From an uncultured bacterium (GTDB taxonomy: Bacteria; Bacillota; Clostridia; Christensenellales; CAG-917), in the NCBI GenBank assembly GCA_949432885.1, contig CASQXY010000008.1, positions 663 through 64,662 on the forward strand: DNA of 64,000 nt, read 5' to 3'. Within the stretch, counting starts at the first letter, position 1. The number at the start of each line of letters is the position of its first letter. The notes under the pieces are model-generated. The model was not told the DNA's origin. It was given only the letters and a program-made list of their open reading frames with translations, and did not search any database. Of this stretch, positions 57,552-64,000 are shown one piece after another. The position numbers and the translations under genes were made by a program.

Positions 57552-57965
57552 TTGATTGAAGACGAGGGCTTATCGCTTCGCGCGTTCGCAGAAGCCGTCG
57601 ACATTCCGTATCAAGAAGTATACGCCTATGAAAATGACGGATATTTACCATCTGTATATAATGCGGAAAAAATCGCGTTGTTTTTCGATTGCTCTTTTGA
57701 TTATCTTTTCGGAGTATCAAACACTTTTAAGCAGACAACGTATAAAAAAGTAGATATTTCTCTGTTTTATCCTAGATATAAAGAACTTTTAGAGAAAGAG
57801 AAAGTAAGCCATTATAATTTACATAAAACTATTAAATTGAATAATTCCAGTATAACAAAGTGGAAAAACGGTTCTGTTCCAAGAATAGAAAGTTTAATAA
57901 AAATTGCTACCCGCTTTTCAACTCATATTGACTACCTAGTCGGTCGTAGCGATAGTCGGTACTAA
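57552..57965 (+). CDS. XRE-family protein with two tandem HTH_3 domains (start codon unclear)
   Basis: GLSLRAFAEAVDIPYQEVYAYENDGYLPS...FDYLFG and SHYNLHKTIKLNNSSITKWKNGSVPR...IDYLVG. The frame is open from 57498 with no upstream ATG; only TTG codons at 57537 and 57552 are available. Confidence 0.6.
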   Translation: MIEDEGLSLRAFAEAVDIPYQEVYAYENDGYLPSVYNAEKIALFFDCSFDYLFGVSNTFKQTTYKKVDISLFYPRYKELLEKEKVSHYNLHKTIKLNNSSITKWKNGSVPRIESLIKIATRFSTHIDYLVGRSDSRY

Positions 57966-57983
57966 TTATTACAAGATGAGAAT

Positions 57984-58018
57984 TCAGTTGGGTATTATCA
58001 CTGACCAACTGATTTTTT
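57984..58018 (+). terminator. Rho-independent terminator of the XRE gene
   Basis: CAGTTGG-(13 nt)-CCAACTG followed by T7. Confidence 0.7.
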
Positions 58019-58080
58019 TATACACCTTATCAGAATAAGGGTGACTTGGTCTACAAGGGTAGACGGCGTATACTCTAAAA

Positions 58081-58560
58081 AGAAATTGCCCCCTCTTTCA
58101 CTTCGGGTATTTCTCCCACCACTCGAATTAGAAAAGTAGTCTTTTTTACTCTCCGTCGCTCGCGGGGGAGACAGTCGGCACTCGCCTATTGTCATATTAT
58201 TCTATCTATGTCACTCGGTCGCAAACGTAAATTAATAAAGCTCGTTTGCTCCCTAGTACTGCGAAGCTCGGCTCGGCACTCACGGGGCGTTCGCCCTGCG
58301 AACGCTGGCAGTCTCTTGAAAAAGTGCATGTCGTGTACACACCCGCACAAGCTAAGTGCAAGCGCTTTAAGTGCGCAATTAGTCTCTTGAATTATGACTC
58401 ATAGTTCTCTCCACCTTATCAATCTAAGCGTTAAATCAAAACTTCATCATTAAGAGAAGAACGCGAAAGAGACATTTTTGCGAACCGCCTAACGTACTGA
58501 CGTACGTGACGGCGAGCAAAAATGCCTCTGACAAAGTTATTCGCTTAATGATGAAGTTTT
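58081..58560 (-). repeat. Composite structured element (hairpin module 58438-58560 overlapping the rex stop, plus a 357-nt module 58081-58437)
   Basis: The 17-bp perfect outer stem AAAACTTCATCATTAAG / CTTAATGATGAAGTTTT encloses a core hairpin nearly identical to the copy at 17972-18064. The rest shares ordered blocks and covarying hairpins with 20646-21025 and 23281-23564. Confidence 0.7.
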
Positions 58561-59184
58561 GAGTTGCATACTGAGAAGTGCAAGCGAAGCCGCCAAATCC
58601 TCCCCTTTCACCGCTATGTCGGGCGGCAGGCTGAGATGCACGGGTGCAAAGCACCATATCGCTCTTATCCCCGCTTTTACCATTTTATCCGCGACGGACT
58701 GCGCCGCAACCGACGGCACGCAGATTATGCCGAGCTGAATTTTGAACCTGTTCACCACGCTGTCCAGATTGTCCAGATGATATACGGGCTTGCCGTTGAC
58801 CTCTTTGCCGATAGCATCCTCGTTTACGTCGAACGCGGCGACTATATTCAAGCCGTAATTGCGGAAACCGTCGTATCCGAGTATCGCGCGCCCCAGTCCG
58901 CCCGCACCAACAAGCACCGCGTCGCGCGTGTTGTTGTATCCCAGATAGCCTTCGAGGTCGGCAATCAAATCCTTGGTTGCATAACCCGTTTTAGGCTTAC
59001 CCGCAACGGATGCCACAAGCGCGATATCCTTTCTCACCTGCACGGGATTGAGTCCCAGTCCGTTTGCAATCGTCGTACTGGAAACAGTGGGCACGTTTTT
59101 CTTGTCCAGCTGATACAAATACCTTAGATAGGACGGAAGTCTGTTGAGAGTCGCTTTCGACATTTCGGAGTTTTGTTCCTGCAT
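58537..59184 (-). CDS. rex: Redox-sensing transcriptional repressor Rex
   Basis: N-terminal winged helix (ATLNRLPSYLRYL) and Rossmann motif GAGGLGRAIL. 215 aa. Confidence 0.93.
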   Translation of the reverse strand: MQEQNSEMSKATLNRLPSYLRYLYQLDKKNVPTVSSTTIANGLGLNPVQVRKDIALVASVAGKPKTGYATKDLIADLEGYLGYNNTRDAVLVGAGGLGRAILGYDGFRNYGLNIVAAFDVNEDAIGKEVNGKPVYHLDNLDSVVNRFKIQLGIICVPSVAAQSVADKMVKAGIRAIWCFAPVHLSLPPDIAVKGEDLAASLALLSMQLKTSSLSE

Positions 59185-59270
59185 AATCTCACCGCAAAAT
59201 TTTTATCGATAAAAATATAACAATATTTGACCGCATTTGTCAATATTTAACGGAAATTTGACCCCGAATC

Positions 59271-59302
59271 GATAAAAATGCCGCGTTTTTAATGCGCGGC
59301 AT
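59271..59302 (-). terminator. Rho-independent terminator after the SCIFF maturase gene
   Basis: On the minus strand, ATGCCGCG-(9 nt)-CGCGGCAT is followed by T5. Confidence 0.7.
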
Positions 59303-59348
59303 AATATAAAACATATTCCGTATTTAATGCAAAAACAGGTTCGGTCGG

Positions 59349-60728
59349 CTATTGCTGCGAGTTTTGCTCATCCATCATCTCGTCCACTTTGAGCATAATC
59401 GCGCACTCTATGCGCTTTTTGAAGAGGTCGCAGCCGTACGCGTACGTGCCGTTGATGTCCCCCGTAGAATTGTATGCGTTTGCGGCGCAGCCTCCCGAGC
59501 AGTACAGTCTGGCCCAGCATTCCTCGCACTCCTTACGCGAATAGGCGTTGCATTTTTTGAATTTGTCGCGTATATCCGTCCTAGTAACGCCCTGCCATAT
59601 ATCGCCCATCAGGTAGTCTTTATTCCCCACAAACTGATGACAGGGATACAGCTCACCAGTAGGCGTGACGGCGAGGTATTCCGTGCCGCTTCCGCAGCCC
59701 GATATGCGCTTATATATGCACGGACCGCCGTCGAGGTCAAGCATGTAGTGATAAAACGTAAAGGGCTTGCCGGCCTTCCTGCGCTCAATCATCATATCGG
59801 CAAGTTTCTCGTACTGACCGTATATAATTTCTTTATCCTCGTCGGTAAGCGCGTACTTGTCCGTAGGCGGACACACGACAGGCTCCATACTCAACTCGTC
59901 AAATCCGAGGTCGAGCATCGTGGCAATATCCTCGGTGAAGTCGGGATTGAAATGCGTAAATGTGCCTCGCATATAGTAGCTTCCGTTCTTTCTTGCGTCC
60001 ACGAGCTTTTTGAACTTAGGTACTATAACGTCGAAGCTGCCATTACCTCCCGCGGTCTTGCGGAAACGGTCATGCACCTCTTTCCTTCCGTCAAGACTGA
60101 GCACTACGTTATCCATTTCTCGGTTGCAGAAATCTATCACGTCGTCGTCGATAAGCATGCCGTTTGTGGTAAGCGTAAATCTGAAATGCTTGCCGCATTT
60201 CTCCTCAATGTCGCGCGCGTACTCGACCAGCCGCTTCACAACGTCAAAGTTCATAAGCGGTTCTCCGCCGAAAAAATCAACTTCGAGATTATGACGCGTG
60301 CCGCTGTTCTCCACAAGGAAATCGAGAGCTCGCCGCCCCACATCGTAGGACATAAGCGCGCGTTCGCCGCGGTATTTGCCCTGCGCCGCAAAGCAATACT
60401 CGCAATCGAGGTTGCAGGTATGCGCCACGTGCAGGCACAACGCCTTTATCACGGAATCGCGCTTTGCAAGTATATTCGCATTCGGTTTGAACGTATCCTC
60501 CGAAAACAGCTTGCCCCGAGCTTTGATTTCCTCAACGTCCGCAATACATTCCAGCGCCTCTTCGGCGGTTATACCGTGTTTTTCGCATACGGATTTTAAA
60601 ATCTGTTCCTTATCCTCGCGTTCGTACGCGTTGATAACGTCGTAGGCGACTTCGTCCACAACATGCACGCTGCCGCTCGCCGCGTCGAGCACGATATTGT
60701 ATCCGTTTTGTCTGAATGAATGAATCAT
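59349..60728 (-). CDS. scfB: Radical SAM/SPASM thioether-forming SCIFF peptide maturase
   Basis: CNLDCEYC radical-SAM cluster motif. The C-terminus is Cys-rich and SPASM-like (CGSGTEYLAV...C...CEECWARLYCSGGC). It lies directly downstream of the SCIFF precursor. Start at ATG 60728 (RBS GGAGAGAA). Confidence 0.9.
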   Translation of the reverse strand: MIHSFRQNGYNIVLDAASGSVHVVDEVAYDVINAYEREDKEQILKSVCEKHGITAEEALECIADVEEIKARGKLFSEDTFKPNANILAKRDSVIKALCLHVAHTCNLDCEYCFAAQGKYRGERALMSYDVGRRALDFLVENSGTRHNLEVDFFGGEPLMNFDVVKRLVEYARDIEEKCGKHFRFTLTTNGMLIDDDVIDFCNREMDNVVLSLDGRKEVHDRFRKTAGGNGSFDVIVPKFKKLVDARKNGSYYMRGTFTHFNPDFTEDIATMLDLGFDELSMEPVVCPPTDKYALTDEDKEIIYGQYEKLADMMIERRKAGKPFTFYHYMLDLDGGPCIYKRISGCGSGTEYLAVTPTGELYPCHQFVGNKDYLMGDIWQGVTRTDIRDKFKKCNAYSRKECEECWARLYCSGGCAANAYNSTGDINGTYAYGCDLFKKRIECAIMLKVDEMMDEQNSQQ

Positions 60729-60834
60729 ATGTATTCTCTCCGCCGCGGCTATGCAAACGCACAATCGCGCCGCGCTTCAATTTATTTCCGCTGATTATGA
60801 CGGCAGGTATCCGCACAATAAAGTGCGCCGTCAC

Positions 60835-60860
60835 AAAAAACGCCTAGACGGTGCTAGGCG
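60835..60860 (-). terminator. Intercistronic terminator/attenuator hairpin between scfA and scfB
   Basis: On the minus strand, CGCCTAG-CACCGT-CTAGGCG is followed by T6. Confidence 0.65.
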
Positions 60861-60888
60861 ACTTTCTGTATGAAAAATACGGCAGAGC

Positions 60889-61035
60889 TTATTTTGCCGC
60901 TTTCTCGCACTTCTGATTTGCCACACCGCAGGACGTCTTGCAAGCGGATTGGCAGGAAGTTTGGCACTCGCCGCAACCGCCGTTCTTTTTGCTCTCGTTG
61001 AGATTGCGGGTTTTCAATGTAACGATTCTTTTCAT
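60889..61035 (-). CDS. scfA: Six-cysteine peptide SCIFF (48 aa RiPP precursor; below the ORF-track length cut-off)
   Basis: My translation is MKRIVTLKTRNLNESKKNGGCGECQTSCQSACKTSCGVANQKCEKAAK. The GGCGECQTSCQSACKTSC core matches the SCIFF family as I recall it. RBS AAGGAGCAA. Confidence 0.9.
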   Translation of the reverse strand: MKRIVTLKTRNLNESKKNGGCGECQTSCQSACKTSCGVANQKCEKAAK

Positions 61036-61072
61036 ATTGTTGCTCCTTGATTGAGTTTATATATTTTATACA

Positions 61073-61101
61073 ATTATAGTTGCGGTGCGGACAAATGTCA
61101 A
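61073..61101 (-). promoter_or_regulatory. Consensus sigma-A promoter for scfA
   Basis: On the minus strand: TTGACA, 17-nt spacer, TATAAT. Both hexamers are perfect. Confidence 0.7.
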
Positions 61102-61168
61102 CATTTATACGTCACACCGAGAGCTTTTATCCTAATGCGGCATTATGAGTTGCCGTCGGCCATCGGCT

Positions 61169-62698
61169 TTATTCCGCGACGACGGGCGGTCTCTTGAAAT
61201 TCGCGGCTATTTCCTCCGACGATTTCGTCACGACCAGAATATTGTCGGGGAAACGCTTGTGCTCGCTCTCCAAATTCATCCCGTATTCGTAAAGGCACAG
61301 CGCGTATCTGATAAATTCGTGGTTGATAACCTCGCCCTTGCAGATAATAGGGCATCCCGGCGGATATGCCCAAACGTTCTCGGCTACGACCCTGCCCACA
61401 GATTTGTCCAAATCGACAAATTCGTTGTTTAATTTGTCTATTTCGTAAGGTTCAAAATGCTTTTGCGACAAGATTGACGCGTTTATATTGACAAGTCCGT
61501 TGCGCTCCTTCACGTTGCCGTCGATATCGAAGACGGCTTCCGCAAGCGCCATATAGGAATTTATATTGTCGCCCGCTCCGCTCATTGCCAAAGCATAGTT
61601 GGCGCTCGCCATTTCCAGCTCTATCTTATACTTGTTTTTAAGTGCGCGCGACAAATCGAGTCCGCGTAACGCGCTATCCACAGTAAGGAACACCAGCTTG
61701 CTCTTATCGTACGCAAATACGCGTCCGCCCTCCGCCTCGCCGTTGAAAAGCTTGATATGCTTCATATGTGCCATACTGCGGCGAAATCTGTCCAGCATAT
61801 CGCTCCACTCGTCAATAGCGGCAGCCCCGTCCTCACGCAGATATCTTAGACATCCCTCTATCGACGCCATAAGCACGTATGACGGCGAGCTCGTCTGAAA
61901 TATCGCAAGATTGCGGTCCAGCCTGTCGACGTCCACTCTGCCCGAGCATACGTGTACGATAGCCGTCTGCGTCAGGCTCGGAAGGGTCTTGTGAAAGCTG
62001 TTCACAACAATATCCGCTCCTAGATTGCGCGCGCTTTGCGCAAACTTTTTGCTCAGTCCCAAATGCGCGCCGTGCGCCTCGTCCACAAGCAGCTTCGCGC
62101 CGTTTGCGCGGCATACGACAGCTATGCCCTTTATGTCTGAAATCACGCCCTCGTAAGTCGGGCTTGTTATTACAACAAGAGTAATCTTAGGATTTTTTTT
62201 GAGCGCCGTCTCAACGTCCGACGGCAAAACGGAGCCGAAAAACCCGTACTCCTCGAAATATGTAGGCGCGACATAATGCGGCTTTAATCCGCACACCTCC
62301 ACGGCATTGTAAACGCTCCTGTGGCAGTTCCTTGCAAGTAGCACTTCGTCGCCGCCGTGCGTGAGCGTACGAACTGCCGCAAGTATGCCCGCGGTACTTC
62401 CGCAGGTGAGAAACCTGCTCTCGTTCGCCCCGAAGAACAACGCCGCTTTCTTTTCCGCTTCGAGCAACACGCCGTTTGCATTGTGAAGATTGTCGAACCC
62501 CTCGATTTCCGTTATATCCAGCCCTTGAACTCCGCTCAGATGATTGTACGCGGACCTCTTGTGCCCGGGCATATGAAATGGTATATATCCTTCCTCGTCG
62601 TGCTCGCGCAACATAACCGCAAGCGATTTGGAATCTTGCGTTCTCGGGTCCGCGCCCACTCTGTTTTTATAAAGAAATCTCTTTCTCTTTGGTCTCAT
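61169..62698 (-). CDS. PLP-dependent Orn/Lys/Arg decarboxylase family protein
   Basis: IPFHMPGHKR N-terminal motif and the PLP-lysine region NSFHKTLPSLTQ. The C-terminal decarboxylase domain is present. The start could be ATG 62698 or the internal MLREHD. Confidence 0.88.
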   Translation of the reverse strand: MRPKRKRFLYKNRVGADPRTQDSKSLAVMLREHDEEGYIPFHMPGHKRSAYNHLSGVQGLDITEIEGFDNLHNANGVLLEAEKKAALFFGANESRFLTCGSTAGILAAVRTLTHGGDEVLLARNCHRSVYNAVEVCGLKPHYVAPTYFEEYGFFGSVLPSDVETALKKNPKITLVVITSPTYEGVISDIKGIAVVCRANGAKLLVDEAHGAHLGLSKKFAQSARNLGADIVVNSFHKTLPSLTQTAIVHVCSGRVDVDRLDRNLAIFQTSSPSYVLMASIEGCLRYLREDGAAAIDEWSDMLDRFRRSMAHMKHIKLFNGEAEGGRVFAYDKSKLVFLTVDSALRGLDLSRALKNKYKIELEMASANYALAMSGAGDNINSYMALAEAVFDIDGNVKERNGLVNINASILSQKHFEPYEIDKLNNEFVDLDKSVGRVVAENVWAYPPGCPIICKGEVINHEFIRYALCLYEYGMNLESEHKRFPDNILVVTKSSEEIAANFKRPPVVAE

Positions 62699-62812
62699 AT
62701 TGTCATTATAGCATTAAGAAATAAAAATGGCTATGGAAATTTTTACATATACGTGATATAATAGGTTAAAAAGTAAGAAAACGCGGCAAAAACCCGTTTC
62801 CGTCCGAAAAAA

Positions 62813-63619
62813 ATGCGCAAATTACATCCCGTAAAACCGTCATACCTGCTTTTGGCAATAGCAATGAGCGTTATAACCGCGCTCGGCTTATGCGCATGTC
62901 ACAAGGAAGACGATTTCTATTCGCACGACAACAGCTTCGATATTTCGGTGACGGACGCCGAGGACGCGCTTATATACGAGCCGCAGAATATCCCGTACAG
63001 ATACGGTCTCGTGTTCTACGTCGGCACGCTGATTCCGTCGTCGCAATATGCCTATCTCGGCGAGGCGCTTGCAAGACAAGGATATATTGTGATAATCCCA
63101 AAATTTGATAAAGGCTCTTCCTACGGCGCGTACAAAGCCATAGAGCCCGCATTTGAAAAATATACGAACGTAAGGTTTTTCGTAGGCGGACACGGGCTGG
63201 GCGGTGGCGCCGCAGTGCGCCGTGCGCAGGAAAATCCGACCGCCGTACTCGGCATAGCCCTCTACTCGCCCATATGCTCGTCGAGACAGGTGCTTGACAA
63301 GGACGGCAATCTCACCTTCGATGAAAACGGACAGGTGGTAAAGGTTTACGACTCGGTAGCAAATTTATCTCTTCCCACTCTAGTGCTCGAAGCCGACGGC
63401 GAAGGCATAGTATCGGACGAAATGGTCGCGGACTCCAAAACCCGTCTTAACCTAGCCGCTACGCAGTATGTAAGGCTGTCGCACGGAGGTTATACGGGCT
63501 TCTATGCGGTCACTTCGCGCCCCGACAATTCCGCTTTAACGGAGCAGGAAAGGCAAACCCAACTCGCGCAGACCGTAGAGCACACCCTCGCGTTTATGCG
63601 CTCTGTCGTCGCGGGATAG
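62813..63619 (+). CDS. Alpha/beta-hydrolase-fold lipoprotein (dienelactone-hydrolase/chlorophyllase-like) lacking the nucleophile serine
   Basis: Lipobox LGLCAC. GYIVIIP...FFVGGHGLGGGAA occupies the position of the G-H-S-x-G nucleophile elbow, but Gly (GGG codon) replaces Ser. Confidence 0.6.
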   Translation: MRKLHPVKPSYLLLAIAMSVITALGLCACHKEDDFYSHDNSFDISVTDAEDALIYEPQNIPYRYGLVFYVGTLIPSSQYAYLGEALARQGYIVIIPKFDKGSSYGAYKAIEPAFEKYTNVRFFVGGHGLGGGAAVRRAQENPTAVLGIALYSPICSSRQVLDKDGNLTFDENGQVVKVYDSVANLSLPTLVLEADGEGIVSDEMVADSKTRLNLAATQYVRLSHGGYTGFYAVTSRPDNSALTEQERQTQLAQTVEHTLAFMRSVVAG

Positions 63620-63633
63620 AAAAGAGAATTTAT

Positions 63634-63832
63634 ATGCGTAAAACGACAAAATTCATAGTTCTAATCGCCTTAATTCTTTTGTTCTGCTCGATTGACGCTA
63701 TGAAGCTGCGTCGTAACCGCAACCCCAAACTATGCCAATATCAAAAACTTCGACGCGACACTCTACAATCCCAAAAGCGATTGGTTCAATATGCATTTTC
63801 TAGGTAATCAAACACATTTAGTCGGCAACTAG
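63634..63832 (+). pseudogene. Possible decayed or frameshifted secreted-protein gene
   Basis: The signal-like MRKTTKFIVLIALILLFCS in frame 0 runs into basic low-complexity sequence. A protein-like stretch (ATPNYANIKNFDATLYNPKSDWFNMHFLGNQTHLVGN) lies in the +1 frame from about 63704. Further stops follow. Confidence 0.25.
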
Positions 63833-64000
63833 GAAAAATCCGACGAAATATTCAAGGAATTTCCAGATTCAATTAACTTCTATTAGCAGAACCTTCAAAA
63901 CAGAATGTAATCGATACTATAAAAAACTTGAAAAAACAAGCGGCCTACGTTCAGTTTCACCCGATTACGCCTTTACTATAAATAATTCTCCTTTCGGCGA

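Overview
This 64-kb chromosomal window is about 50% GC and looks like a spore-forming Clostridia-class Firmicute. The markers are spoVT-yabM-yabN synteny, a SCIFF peptide with its maturase, rex, dnaD/dnaI and cdaA. No rRNA, tRNA, CRISPR array, transposase or integrase was seen. Most genes are on the minus strand and are housekeeping: feoA-feoA-feoB, tetR, coaE, polA, pgk-tpiA-gpmI, trmL, dus, mazG, a BMP-type nucleoside ABC system plus xpt, lysC, cdaA, holA, an amino-acid ABC system, malQ, hom, coaX, glyQS and a PLP decarboxylase. The signal the gene list does not explain is a multi-copy, strand-consistent family of structured intergenic elements. One part is a roughly 60-125 nt bulged long hairpin that starts within 0-25 nt of the stop codons of gpmI, tpiA, pgk and rex. 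The other part is a roughly 280-380 nt module present after pgk, dus and rex. Its stems covary between copies, its mismatches become G-U pairs only on the minus strand, and it carries repeated CGAGUG motifs. I could not place it in a known RNA or mobile-element class from sequence alone. Other points worth a second look: a monocistronic 69-aa peptide with 16 Cys (CGCGCG runs flanking two hydrophobic segments); the 48-aa SCIFF precursor, which is absent from the ORF track; an ABC-2 exporter operon with a 1092-aa Big_2/beta-helix-like surface protein; cdaA translationally coupled to a DUF1015 gene with no cdaR; an orphan PPTase-ACP pair; a small AT-rich XRE islet; and frequent acidic or coiled-coil insertions in otherwise conserved proteins. 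Functional calls rest on motif recognition by eye. No database search was run.
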